Positions 44,005 to 55,200 of a DNA stretch of 64,000 nucleotides are shown piece by piece. The DNA comes from a virus. Below the pieces are notes generated by a model. It made no database searches. It saw nothing but the letters and a program-made list of their open reading frames with translations, and was not told the DNA's origin. Made by a program: the position numbers and the translations under genes. The stretch covers positions 1,859 to 65,858 of IMG/VR virus record IMGVR_UViG_3300048080_000202, one strand, 5' to 3'. Positions within the stretch are counted from its first letter, which is position 1, and each line of letters opens with the position of its first letter.

Positions 44005-46734
44005 ATGTCTGAGAAGCCGGACTTCTGCCAAAACTGCCCCATCAATAATTTTACAGAAGGCTATGTCCCTTTGAAACTCGGGGCCTCGGATGATCTCGGA
44101 GTAGGGGAAGCGGCGGGGGAGAATGAAAGTCGGGAGGGAATTCCGTTTGTGGGCGGAGCCGGAGTGTGGTTGGACTCCCTTTGTCGCTCCGCAGGAATGA
44201 AGAAAGGAGATTTGAATCTTGTCAATGTTATTGGATGTCAGCCTCGGGGTAATGTGTTTCCTACTTCTAGCGATTGGACCCACACTGATCACAAAACGGC
44301 TTTGGAAGCTGTAGAGTATTGCCAAAGAAACCACTTTGAACCCGCGTTGCAAGGGAAGAGGTGGCAGTTAGAAGTTGATACTACAACAAGCGATCTTGTA
44401 TGGAATCAAACACAAGTTCGCACTAAACCCTGGAAACGTATCATTGCCCTCGGTGACCACGCACTCCACGCTTTAACGGGTAAACGTGGCATCGGGAATT
44501 GGAGGGGATCTCCACTGACGAGTCGGCTGCCACTCCTGGGGAACCCCCCTCCTCCTCACATCATGCCCACTCTCCATCCCGCATATCTCATGCGGCAGGC
44601 AAGTATGTTTAGTATTGCCCGGAGGGATTTGCTGAAACCGATGGTGCTTCCACCGGAGAACTATGAACTCTATCCAACTCTTGCGGATGTTCAGGCGTTT
44701 CAATCCCCCGTATTTGCCTTCGATCTTGAATGGGATCGAAATGGAGATATCACACTGTGTGGACTTACAGATAGATTGTATCAAGCGATCGTTATTCCTT
44801 GGCAGGAGCCATTTATTGGAGAGTTAAAGAGAATCTTTGAATCCGCCACCGATATCATAGGCCAAAATATCATCATGGCGGATTGGCAGCATTTGGAGAG
44901 GTTGGGATGGAATGTAAAAGCACGCTTGCATGATACGATGCTCAAACAGCATCTTATCCAGCCCGACATGCGGCATGGGCTGCATTTTATTGCAAGTGTG
45001 TTTACAAACAAGGTGTTTTGGAAGGGTGGAGGAAAGGAAAAAGATGAAGAAGAAGAGGGAAATGTTGCATATGAAGCAACGGGGGCTCAGTGGAAGACCT
45101 GGAATGACCCACTCCGTGGGATTCCTCGTGAACAGGGAGGATATTTTGGATGCGTCTCCGCCGACGAAGCTTTCCGACTTTACAACGCGCGAGATAATGA
45201 TGGAACTTTCCAGGCTAATGTACCCATCCACCAAACATTGGTTAAATACGGGATGGAGTCCATATATTGGAATATATCAGTTCCTGTGGCCCACGAATGT
45301 CGAAGAATGTCCGGGCGAGGAATTAGAATCGACAGAACCAAGATACGAGAGGTAAATGAGAAACTCACCACAGAAATTACCGAAGTCGAACTCCGACTCC
45401 CTGAGGGACTACGACCTTTTGGAAAGTCAATATCACGAAGTCACCGATTGGATACTCCAATTATTGTCCCAAAGCGCAAAGAATGCCGAGGAACAAAAAA
45501 GAAAGCTCACGAGGTTTGTGAATGGACATTCGAGAAAGAGGGAGAGTGGGAGTGTCCAGGGTGTGGGAAGCTCTATCGAAGTGGGAAGTTGAAGGTAGTT
45601 AAAACAGAGAAGAGAGAAGAGATCAAAATTATTCGCCCCTATGCTTCTTCTCGGCAGCTTCAGGTGTATGCAGGAAGTGTGGGGTGTAAGGATATCAAGA
45701 ATCGAAAGACGGGTAGGAAGACCACCGGAAAGAGTGCCCGAAAGGTGTGGGGAAGGGAACACACTGAGTTTACCCTTGTAGACATACTAAAGAAACTTTC
45801 GACATTAAAGAACAATTTTGCGAAAGGGAAGCTTTTAGACTATGATCGAATATATTTTCAACTCCTCCCCCACGGTACCTCTGAAGGTCGTCTTTCGTGC
45901 AGAGGGCTTCGTGATGGAATTGACCCCAACATCCAAAACCAGCCTAAGAGCATTCGAGGAATTTATATTCCCGACTACTCCGATTGGGGATTTGTTGAGG
46001 CGGATTGGTCCCAGGGAGAAAACTGGCTTACTGCCTTTCTTGCGAATGATAGAGAGAGGCTTGCGCGCCTTGGCACTCCCGGATATGACGAACACTCCGA
46101 TCTCGCAAGCAGGTGCTTCAAGGTAGAGGTTAGTAAAACTATCAATAAACACCTGCGTAATCCTGGTAAGGTGGTTAATCATGGTAAGAACTATGGCATG
46201 GGTGTTAATCACATGCAAGAGAATCTTGCAATGGAGGGATTCAATTATTCCCTTGCAGATGTCAAGGAAATGAATATTGAATGGGAGAGGTTAAATGAGG
46301 GTACAGCGAGATGGCAGAAAGAAACGGTTAATAAAGTCAAGTCCCAAGGTTACCTTGAAAACCCTTTTGGAAGGAAGCGCTGGTTTTCGAGTCGAGATTA
46401 CGCTACCAAAGGTTTGGCTTTCAACCCTGCCTCAACTCTCGCGGACATGATGCTTCGGGTGATCATTGCACTGAATCCACGAGATTACTCTCAGGAGATT
46501 TCGAGTCTTGGGATTCAAGTCGTAGCCAATCTCCCCCCACAGTGGTTCCTTGCATGGACTGTGCATGATTCATTTATTCTCACAGGGCCATGGAAGTATC
46601 ACCGGGAGGCGGCACAGCAGTTGAGGGCGGTAATGGAACAGAAGTGGAATGCCCTGGATGGATTCAATTTATCCTGTGACATCACGGGGAGTGATGTTTC
46701 ATGGGGGGAGATGAAAGAGATTGAGGGGATATGA
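44005..46734 (+). CDS. polA: Family A DNA polymerase with N-terminal family-4 uracil-DNA glycosylase-like domain
   Basis: UDG 'CQNC...GEAAG...PFVG...NVIGCQP...HPAY'; exonuclease 'FDLEW'; polymerase 'TSEGRLS', 'ADWSQGE', 'KVVNHGKNYG' and 'TVHDS'. Confidence 0.92.
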   Translation: MSEKPDFCQNCPINNFTEGYVPLKLGASDDLGVGEAAGENESREGIPFVGGAGVWLDSLCRSAGMKKGDLNLVNVIGCQPRGNVFPTSSDWTHTDHKTALEAVEYCQRNHFEPALQGKRWQLEVDTTTSDLVWNQTQVRTKPWKRIIALGDHALHALTGKRGIGNWRGSPLTSRLPLLGNPPPPHIMPTLHPAYLMRQASMFSIARRDLLKPMVLPPENYELYPTLADVQAFQSPVFAFDLEWDRNGDITLCGLTDRLYQAIVIPWQEPFIGELKRIFESATDIIGQNIIMADWQHLERLGWNVKARLHDTMLKQHLIQPDMRHGLHFIASVFTNKVFWKGGGKEKDEEEEGNVAYEATGAQWKTWNDPLRGIPREQGGYFGCVSADEAFRLYNARDNDGTFQANVPIHQTLVKYGMESIYWNISVPVAHECRRMSGRGIRIDRTKIREVNEKLTTEITEVELRLPEGLRPFGKSISRSHRLDTPIIVPKRKECRGTKKKAHEVCEWTFEKEGEWECPGCGKLYRSGKLKVVKTEKREEIKIIRPYASSRQLQVYAGSVGCKDIKNRKTGRKTTGKSARKVWGREHTEFTLVDILKKLSTLKNNFAKGKLLDYDRIYFQLLPHGTSEGRLSCRGLRDGIDPNIQNQPKSIRGIYIPDYSDWGFVEADWSQGENWLTAFLANDRERLARLGTPGYDEHSDLASRCFKVEVSKTINKHLRNPGKVVNHGKNYGMGVNHMQENLAMEGFNYSLADVKEMNIEWERLNEGTARWQKETVNKVKSQGYLENPFGRKRWFSSRDYATKGLAFNPASTLADMMLRVIIALNPRDYSQEISSLGIQVVANLPPQWFLAWTVHDSFILTGPWKYHREAAQQLRAVMEQKWNALDGFNLSCDITGSDVSWGEMKEIEGI

Positions 46735-46896
46735 AAAGATATGTTATTCACGGTGGTATGGAGAATGTGGAAATATTCGTCGGAGATAGAGCCTCGGAAA
46801 TTCATGTTATCCATACAGAAGATGGTCAGAGTTTTATAGGAAGAGTAAGAACAGAGAAACTAATAGAAGGTCTAAGGATTTTAATGGAAGACTATT

Positions 46897-47148
46897 ATGA
46901 TTGTTATCAAAGTTGAACTCTGGCCCCTTGGGGATGAATCCGCTGCGAGGGAAATTGCCCGAGGGAAGATTATAAATGACGGAACGGGAAATATAGACGG
47001 GTTTGTTGATCCAACTATAGGAAACTATGATGTCTTCTTCTATGAAGACAACCAGCAAAACCCCATACTAGGTTCCCGTGTCGAAGGTTATTGGCGTTCG
47101 TCATCGGTATGGTGTCTTATCAAAAGAGCTTTAAAGGAGATGTATTGA
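46897..47148 (+). CDS. Conserved phage hypothetical protein
   Basis: 'MIVIKVELWP.G.....IA...I.NDGTG...GNY' pattern. Confidence 0.6.
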   Translation: MIVIKVELWPLGDESAAREIARGKIINDGTGNIDGFVDPTIGNYDVFFYEDNQQNPILGSRVEGYWRSSSVWCLIKRALKEMY

Positions 47149-47369
47149 ATGAAGATTAGCGCACGAGGAAATAGTGTTTTGATTTCTATTCCAAGAGGAG
47201 AAGTTCAGCAACTTGGGGTGGAACAAGATGGAAATGTGGTAGAGGGACTGACACTTGATGCAATGGTGTTTGGGCGCAGATTGATGGTGTCGATTTGTGC
47301 GGAGAAAAAGGAGTATCCACAGGTAGAAAACGAAGACCGAAATGATTATGACAACGGGATTGATTCTGA

Positions 47370-48521
47370 ATGAATCTCCTCTCCACTATCCCACCTACCT
47401 CATCCATCCGCACCTGGATGAGAATGCTCAAAATCACAGAGATCCCATTGGGATTCCAACTCTCAGTGTTTCTATCGGCGGTTGGGGCGCTCTTTAAAAG
47501 ACATATCTATGTTGACCAACAGCTTTGGAAGGTCTGGCCGAATCTCAACGTCCTCCTCGTTGGCCCATCCGGCATTGGAAAAGACACCGCTATTGATCAG
47601 GGAGAATGGCTTCTTCGTAGTATCGGATATGACCGGATTATTGGAGGACGTACAATTGAATTCCTTATCGCGGAGATGTCTGAAATGGGTGATCCTGCTG
47701 CTTGCGTGGTGCTTGCTCCAGAGCTTACAGCGTTTCTTGGCCAGAGGGATTACCAAAAATCCATGGTCCAAGATCTCACCAACATCCTCACTTCCAAGGA
47801 TTACCTTAACGTTTCCCAACGGTCAACTGGGCCGCGTCTTATTACACGTCCCACGGTGACGATGATAGCGGGGAGTACAGAGGCGTGGCTTCATAAGGCG
47901 ATGCCAGAGGGGGGGTTGGATGGGGGATTTCTTCCAAGGTTCCTGGTGGTGTGTGAGGAGTATCCTTCTCGACATGTGCCGTTGGTGAAACACAGTATTG
48001 ATGTTCATGAACGTTTGGAACACGAAGATCTCCGTGTGCAAATTCTTGCGGATGTGGTGAATATTATGAATCGATTCCCCACCCCCCGGGAGATCATTAT
48101 TCTTGAAGACGCGAAGTGGGCCTATACAAACTGGTATGAAAATCGCATGAAAATGTTTCCAAAGACTGTGCAGGCATATGCGAATCGCTCTCGGGATCAA
48201 GTACTGCGTCTTGCAATGCTTTCAGCGGTGTGTGATAATCGGGAAGCCATTGATGTAATGGATGTGAATTTTGGAATTCAATTCATGAAACTCGTGGCGC
48301 TGCGATTGGATTCTGCCGTGCAACCCCCCACCACCGAAGCTCAATGTGCTAAGATGGTGATGAATATGATCCCCGCGAAGCGAGAGCAAATTTTGAAGCT
48401 TGTTGGAAAAACTTACACAATGCAGATGATAAAAAATGCTATGGATTGGCTTGTGCAGAGTGGGCAAATTAAGGCTGGGGCAGAAGGAAAGCTTGACTTT
48501 GTGAGGGAGAATGTGGTATAA
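47370..48521 (+). CDS. DUF3987-type AAA helicase (primase-helicase associated)
   Basis: 'WPNLNVLLVGPSGIGKDTA', 'PELTAFL' and 'GGFLPRFLVV'. Confidence 0.8.
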   Translation: MNLLSTIPPTSSIRTWMRMLKITEIPLGFQLSVFLSAVGALFKRHIYVDQQLWKVWPNLNVLLVGPSGIGKDTAIDQGEWLLRSIGYDRIIGGRTIEFLIAEMSEMGDPAACVVLAPELTAFLGQRDYQKSMVQDLTNILTSKDYLNVSQRSTGPRLITRPTVTMIAGSTEAWLHKAMPEGGLDGGFLPRFLVVCEEYPSRHVPLVKHSIDVHERLEHEDLRVQILADVVNIMNRFPTPREIIILEDAKWAYTNWYENRMKMFPKTVQAYANRSRDQVLRLAMLSAVCDNREAIDVMDVNFGIQFMKLVALRLDSAVQPPTTEAQCAKMVMNMIPAKREQILKLVGKTYTMQMIKNAMDWLVQSGQIKAGAEGKLDFVRENVV

Positions 48522-48522
48522 T
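48493..48522 (+). promoter_or_regulatory. Sigma70-type promoter TTGACT-N18-TATAAT in the end of the helicase gene
   Basis: Hexamers with extended TG; an ATG lies 6 nt after the -10 box (48529). Confidence 0.65.
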
Positions 48523-48881
48523 ATGATTATGCAACTAACCTTTAGAGTTCGTGTGGGCCTTGTAGATGCTTGGAACCCTCCATGGCCTGAGAGGATGCCA
48601 AGAAGGAATTCTCTTGTAAGAAGTGGAATAAGGTGGTGGAGAGACAACGCACATTTCTGCCCAGATTGGGATTTCATGTACATAACACCTTCCGATCCAG
48701 AGATAGAGGCTTGTATATGTTAATTTGTCAGTCCTGTGGAGGCCAAGTACATGGGAAGGATGGAAGTGGGAAGTATTCCACAAACTTAATTGTCAAAGAA
48801 TGATTGATTTGAGTAATAATTGTGGTATGCATCCAATATTACCTAAGTACTATCCAGATATTATTTTAAAGGAGCTACCTA

Positions 48882-49553
48882 TTGCCAGCACCAGTTCATC
48901 GTCTTAAGAAGTCTGAAATCGTTTGGCTCGCTAACAACAAGTGTGTCGCACATTGTCATGACTACCTTGGCCATTATAATTGTTACCTATTAGAGAATCC
49001 CAACCGCCAACCGAAGATAGGGTACTTCGACATTGAATCCACGGATCTTGTCGCCAACTTCGGAATCATGCTCTCATATTGTATCAAGGATGGAGCATCC
49101 GATAAAATCTATTCAGATGTGATTCGAAAATCAGACCTTGGAAATGAATTTGAAGACAAAAGACTTGTCCAAAATTGCATCCGAGACCTTGGAAGATTCG
49201 ACCGCATCGTAACGTTTTATGGCACTCGTTTCGACATTCCGTTTGTGCGAACCCGCGCCGTACACGCTGGGATTGACTTCCCCAACTACGGTACACTTGT
49301 TCATACTGATCTCTATTTTATTATTCGGAACAGGTTTCGTCTTCGCAGAAATGGTCTTGAATCGGCCTGTCGAACGTTGCTTAATAAGACTGATAAGACT
49401 CACATCAATGAAAAGGTTTGGCGAAAGGCGGGACGAGGAGACGCAAAAGCTTTAGCATATGTGTTGGAGCACAACAAGTTTGATGTGCTTGATACGGAGA
49501 AGTTGTATAATAAAGTCACGAATTACTTTATGCGAAGGGATACAAGTGTATAG
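48882..49553 (+). CDS. RNase H-like 3'-5' exonuclease (YprB/RNase_H_2 type)
   Basis: DEDD motifs 'FDIES', 'GTRFDIPF' and 'HNKFDV'. Confidence 0.85.
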   Translation: MPAPVHRLKKSEIVWLANNKCVAHCHDYLGHYNCYLLENPNRQPKIGYFDIESTDLVANFGIMLSYCIKDGASDKIYSDVIRKSDLGNEFEDKRLVQNCIRDLGRFDRIVTFYGTRFDIPFVRTRAVHAGIDFPNYGTLVHTDLYFIIRNRFRLRRNGLESACRTLLNKTDKTHINEKVWRKAGRGDAKALAYVLEHNKFDVLDTEKLYNKVTNYFMRRDTSV

Positions 49554-49562
49554 AGGAGGGGT

Positions 49563-50099
49563 ATGAAAGACCGTGGAAATTGGATCAAGACGTTTACAGG
49601 ACAGAAGTTCTATGTTCTTGATCCAATGCCAGAAGAGGTGTATATTGAAGACATCGCCCACGCGCTGTCGAATCAATGTAGGTTTGGGGGACACGTCAAA
49701 GACTTCTACTCAGTAGCAGAACATTGTTATAATGTTAGTATCTTGTGTTCTGATCATTTCAAACTTGACGGCCTTCTTCATGATGCTTCCGAAGCATATC
49801 TTGTGGATATTCCAAGACCCATTAAACACATGATTGATCTCGATGGATATAGAAGGATCGAGACATTAGTTCAAAACTGCATAGATTGGAAGTGGGATGT
49901 AGCTCATGCCAACGCAAAGCCCCAAGATAATCAAATGCTTGCGTTTGAGATTCGAGAACTTATGTTAAATCCATTGGAGTATAATATAACTTTCCCAAAC
50001 AGTTCTTTTGGAATTAATTGTTGGGAACCAAAACGTGCAGAAAGGAACTTTCTTGAACGATTCTACGAGCTTCGATCAAATAGTACAAAGGCAATTTGA
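49563..50099 (+). CDS. HD-domain 5'-deoxynucleotidase (YfbR/YfdR-like)
   Basis: 'DIAHALS.QCRF.GH', 'SVAEH' and 'LLHDASEAY..D'. Confidence 0.9.
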   Translation: MKDRGNWIKTFTGQKFYVLDPMPEEVYIEDIAHALSNQCRFGGHVKDFYSVAEHCYNVSILCSDHFKLDGLLHDASEAYLVDIPRPIKHMIDLDGYRRIETLVQNCIDWKWDVAHANAKPQDNQMLAFEIRELMLNPLEYNITFPNSSFGINCWEPKRAERNFLERFYELRSNSTKAI

Positions 50100-50367
50100 A
50101 CATTGCGAGGAACTGCTTGAAAAAAAGGGCCACGACTACACAGATGGAACAGACCGATATTTCAACTTCACCTCTATTGCCAAACACCTGGGAATATCTC
50201 CATTCCAAGTTTGGTCTGTGTACTTCCTTAAACACATCTATGCCATCACTACGTTCTGTGGAAGGGGTCGTGTAGAGTCGGAACCCCTTGAAGACCGGAT
50301 AACAGACGCAATAAACTATCTCCTTCTTTTGAAGGGTATGCTCCAAGAGTTCAAAAAAGAGGTATAA
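50053..50367 (+). CDS. Nucleotide-modification-associated/MazG-like all-alpha protein
   Basis: 'KKGHDY...YFNF' and 'EDRITDAINYLLLL'; TTG start after SD AAGGA. Confidence 0.6.
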   Translation: MNDSTSFDQIVQRQFEHCEELLEKKGHDYTDGTDRYFNFTSIAKHLGISPFQVWSVYFLKHIYAITTFCGRGRVESEPLEDRITDAINYLLLLKGMLQEFKKEV

Positions 50368-50680
50368 TGTATGTATGTTAGCATGCTCACAGAAGTTGAG
50401 TGACTATAAACTGGGGGTGTGGTTTTGCAAACATGAAGCTCAATGGATGGTGGTTTACGGGGACGGAAGTTTTGATGTGATGTGCGAATTTCATTTACCG
50501 TGTGATGCCAGGAATATAGTGAGGAGAATTGGGAGTGCATGAATAGATATTATTGCAAGTTATGTGGAAAGCAAGCACAAGCATATTATGAAGGGCAAGC
50601 GGGAAAGGATTTGAAAGATAAAAGAAGCCTTGGGACTTGGAGGTGCGAAACCTGTGGTAAGGTTCCTGTAAGGAGAGAGC

Positions 50681-51172
50681 GTGCTTAACATCGGACTTGA
50701 CTTCGACGGGGTGATTTGTGAGTGGAGAGATATTCCCAAAAAAGAAAGAACTTTAGAGAATTATGACAAAATCCCTTTGATGAAAGAAGCCGAGGATATT
50801 CGTGAGATATGGGATGTGGGAAATGATCTAACAATTATCACTGCTCGTCATTACCCCAACGCAAGAAATCATGTGTATGATTGGTTAGATCGTGAACTTC
50901 CAAATATCTTAACACACACAGGGGATGGGGAATGTGTGGATGTTATCGCGGGCGTTCCCACCATTGATAAATGGCGGGTTCTTCAAGCTATTGGAGTAGA
51001 TATATATATCGATGACAACACACGAGCCATTTACTGTCTCCCTAAAAGTATCACTCCAATCCTATTTCGCGGGACTCATAACGCACATTTACCGTGGGAT
51101 GGGCTGGAAGTTAACAATTGGCCAGAATTAGTTACAATGATTAAATTTCTTAAGGAGAAATTGAAGAAATGA
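50681..51172 (+). CDS. HAD-family 5'(3')-deoxyribonucleotidase-like
   Basis: 'IGLDFDGVI', 'ITAR' and 'YIDDN'. Confidence 0.8.
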   Translation: MLNIGLDFDGVICEWRDIPKKERTLENYDKIPLMKEAEDIREIWDVGNDLTIITARHYPNARNHVYDWLDRELPNILTHTGDGECVDVIAGVPTIDKWRVLQAIGVDIYIDDNTRAIYCLPKSITPILFRGTHNAHLPWDGLEVNNWPELVTMIKFLKEKLKK

Positions 51173-51561
51173 AGAAACTTGTTTTAGCATTAGCGTTGTT
51201 TTTCACCCCACTGTTTGCAGAGGTGACATGGGATGAAGTGAAATCTCAGATTCCTGGGAAGGTGATGATTCTTCCGCCAGATGCCCAGCCCAATCTCACC
51301 AATCTCAATAAGACCTTTGTGTGGATGGGGACTGTGGGATTGAATCAAGACAAGGTGACTTTGGCGGACTTCGATTTTGTGGCTGTTCTTGTGTTTTCCA
51401 CTGCTGCTCCTGGAGTACATCAATACACACAAATTCATGTGATATTCAAGAGTCTTAAAAGCGGCGGGCTTGAGCCACACAGCTTGATGTATATGGATAA
51501 GTTTGGAACATACCCAACTGCGGTGAGTTTGATGAATTTGACGAAGAAGAAATCAGAGTAA
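51169..51561 (+). CDS. Secreted hypothetical protein
   Basis: Signal peptide 'MKKLVLALALFFTPLFA'. Confidence 0.55.
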   Translation: MKKLVLALALFFTPLFAEVTWDEVKSQIPGKVMILPPDAQPNLTNLNKTFVWMGTVGLNQDKVTLADFDFVAVLVFSTAAPGVHQYTQIHVIFKSLKSGGLEPHSLMYMDKFGTYPTAVSLMNLTKKKSE

Positions 51562-51833
51562 TATACGTTCCACGGCCATTGGCCTGGGTGGTCAGAGGGG
51601 AACCACGTATAGAATCCCCTCAAGAAATTTATGATCTGGTGTCTATTTTGCGGAGCCAAACTGATACACTTTAAGTGTAAGATTGTTTGCTCGAATTGTC
51701 AGCAAATATGGGAGAATTGCAATGGAGATTAAATTAGAGTGTAAAAGACATCCAAAATATAAAGCTATACGAAAACCCTCTACAGGCTGTATTCTTTGTT
51801 GGAGATATTACCATGCCTTAGAGGATCAAAATC

Positions 51834-52247
51834 GTGATTAACCTCATCATCCTCAAATCCGACATCGCCAAGTTCGCCCGATGGGCAAAGACACACTTCC
51901 CCAAAGAAGTCCTTTGTGCAATGATTGGGGAGAAGGAGGACGGGGGGATGTTGGAGGTCCGATATCTCACCAAGCCTATTATTGGTGACAAGGAGGGAGT
52001 TGAGTATTCTCTTGAACAATGGAGGATTGTACAGGAAGAGACTCGAAGTGGTTTGAGTTTCATCGGCACCATTCATTCCCATCCAAACGTACCTCCGCCC
52101 GTTAGTCCCTCAGCATATGATATTGATAATGCTTCGGGTAATGAAAAAGTGTATGGGATTTGTGGGGTGTGGAAAGAAGAGGGAAGACTGAAGACGAAAA
52201 TTGAATTCTTCAGTGGAGGGCCGGAATTGAGGGTGGGAAAGATCTAA
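51834..52247 (+). CDS. JAB/MPN (JAMM) metalloprotease
   Basis: N-terminal 'PKE' Glu and 'IGTIHSHP...PSAYD' Zn motif. Confidence 0.85.
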   Translation: MINLIILKSDIAKFARWAKTHFPKEVLCAMIGEKEDGGMLEVRYLTKPIIGDKEGVEYSLEQWRIVQEETRSGLSFIGTIHSHPNVPPPVSPSAYDIDNASGNEKVYGICGVWKEEGRLKTKIEFFSGGPELRVGKI

Positions 52248-55200
52248 TAGTTTAATCCCTGCTTCCTTAATTCTTCCCTCACAATATGCTTCGCCCAAGC
52301 AGGAATACTATCATCCGTATTGATCCAATGATCTACAAAGGCTTTTGGATCTTTTGTCTCCCCTGCACTGCGGGCGGCCTCTTTTAATCCCGTATACAAT
52401 TCTCTTATCATAGCTGATTGCTTTGTTTGAAGAATTAGCTTTGGATCAATAACCACAGTTTGACCTTTGAGTTTGTTGAGAGGGTAAAGGCTCATTTCTT
52501 CTGGAGCCAACTTCTGTTGATTCAAGAAATCTGCCACTGTATCTCCCAAGGTCCCTTCCCCAACCTTTGACCCCAACGCCTTTCCTATCAATGTGTGAAC
52601 AAGGAAGTTTGCGCGGTCATTGCCAAAGTCTCCCATCAAGTCCCCAAGCTGTAATCCAGGAATTGAAGTAATAAGCTGCTCAAGCTTTGATTGAGCGCGG
52701 ATGGTTTCTCCAAGCTGGCGACGAAAAGGGTGCGTGGTTGTGACGGGCTCGCCTGTGAAGGGATCGATGCGTGGGGGAAGCCAATTGGCGAGGCCGGGGA
52801 TATTAGCCATGGTAGGGCCATAGAATTCTCTCCCCTCGGTATCTCGTTGAATGAGTTGGGATTCGAGGGCTTTATTTCCTGTGGCTTTTCCCGCCGCTCC
52901 AGCAATATCTTGGATGGCTTTTCCGCCTGTAAAGAATGATGCGAGTTGTTGACCGATCTGAGTGTAAAGCACCTTACTCCAAGCTTCGGGATTTTGAGAT
53001 GTGAAGTTTCTCACCAGGTCGGCAATTGAGAGAATTGGAACCTCTTCTACTCGACGGGCTCCAAGAACTGCGTCAGTTAATTCAGAAGGGGATACATTAG
53101 GAGGACGGCCTTCAATGTTAGCAGTGACATATTCTGCTAAGAGACTATACATGTGGAATGGTTGATAACTTCGAGTGTCAAGAAATTCGTCCTTTCCAGA
53201 TGCGTCTTTTTGTCCAGTTTTGTATAGGTAAAATTTTGATCCCGCTAATGGTGACTGCCGCATTGCTACAGCCGCTCCGAGGTACATCATTCCTTCCACA
53301 CCACGAGCGAGATGGCGCACACTTTCTGCGTGTTTTAAACCTCCGTCTAATCCATCTGTTAGAGTTTTTCTAAACTCCGGATTAAGCATGTCCATCCAAT
53401 TGAGTGGACTGCGTTCGGTGAGGTACATGTAGCTGTTGATAAGGAAGCGAGGAAATAGGGGGCCAACACTTGTGACCCAGGGATTGTCGCGGTAGATATT
53501 GAGGATCTGTTTTGCGAATCCCGCTTCCGGATTGAACCGAAGACCTTGTTTGTAAGAATGATTAAAGGCATCATGCAAAGCGGCGTCGAATTCCAATTGC
53601 TTCGCGGTTCTTTTTTTTGTCTCTCCAATCAATTCTGTGGGATTCTGGAGTTTCTCATATACCTGCTCCATTGAGTATCCAACTCGTTTCATGTTTGCTT
53701 CAAGACGGGCTTGGAAGGTAAACTTTCCTTGTTGCCATTCTGCGGAGCGATTCAGAATTGTGAGATGATCGGCAAGGGTTTGAGCACGGGGTTTGACGGT
53801 ATCTGCTGTTAGTTCTGCGGCGGTTCGAAGAACAGCGTCATTGAGAAGAGTGTTTCCTTTGAAGCGTTTGTGTTCGATGGGGAGGGACTTGAGGATGTCA
53901 TCGATCTTTCCACGATTCTCCACACGATCAAGCATGGATGTGAAGGCGGCGGCGGAGTCGATGAAGTAATCGCTAATTGGACGTGATTCTCCTTTTGCTA
54001 CTCCAATTCCAGTTTCAATCAGTCCAACTGTGGCATCGTTGAATACTTGTCCAATTGTCATCGCCCCCGCTACTCGCACGTTTCGAGCAGTAGTAGTGGG
54101 TTGAATAATTGAGTAAACTCGCCGTCCTTTGGCGATTTTAGCCATTGGGCCTGCGTTAAAATCTTTCCACATTCTGCTAACAATCGGCCAATGATAGACT
54201 CGATTGGCTTCTTTGGTGGCAGAGATTGAGTCAAGGATTTTTAGTCGAGAAATGGCGGCGGAATCTCCAGCCAAGGCATCGATACTGAGGTCATGAGCGA
54301 GATCCGCGAGGACCGCCAACCCCTTTCCGTGTTCAGAGAATGTATATTCCAACGCATCTCCAACATGTTTGGCAGCTTCCACAACAGGAAGCGCGTGTTC
54401 AATGGCGATACTTCTAACAAGCTCTCCCCCAATCTGGTCAGATCGTACTGCTTGTGATACTGCGTCGATCATTTGAAGTCCGGCCTCGCCTCCGGCGTTA
54501 ATGCGTGGGGCGAGTTCTTGGAATAACGCAGTGTCGAGGGAGGCTTTAGTGAGGGATTCTAATTCTTGGCGTTGAAGAGTTACAGGACCAATTGGAATTG
54601 TGGCTTGTGGGGGAATGGGACGTTCGGTTCTTTTCTCTACTTCTTTCATCAATGAATCAAGAACAGGAAACTTTTCACTCTTGAGTACTTCTGTGGCGGG
54701 GGCTGATGCTTGTGTGGGAGTGACTCTGGGTTCGCGGGCGGCAATTTCCGCTTTGCGTGCAGCAACATCTCCTGCGGTTACAAACCTCGGAGGAGTAGGG
54801 GTTGTGACTGGGGCGGGTTTGGTGAGGCCTGCCATTCTGCCTAGTCCGGCAAGAACGGCGGTTTTTCCAAGTGCTTGAACGGCGGTTTTTCCAATTTCCT
54901 CTCCCGTCATTGGAGAAGAAATAAACTTTGCGATTTCTGCCGCTGGGAGCGCGTCGTTGATTGTTCTCTTCGCGGCATCTACTACAATTTGAAGATCTTC
55001 ATCCGCTCGGAAGGTTTCTTTGCTGGATTCGATGAGAGTTCGACGGGGCTGCCCTGGCTGTAATCCCCGTCTTTCCCGTTCTTGATCGAGATTGGAGATG
55101 TAAAGATCGCTCATTCCAAGGGTGAAGAGATTTAATCCAGATTTTCCAAAACCTGCGATTCGATTGAGAATTCCCTCGGGATGCTCCGTGGCCATGGGAA

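Noticed and set aside
49563-50367. Z-genome (2-aminoadenine) system
   Set aside because: HD and MazG-like genes are present, but no PurZ/adenylosuccinate synthetase homolog is in the window.
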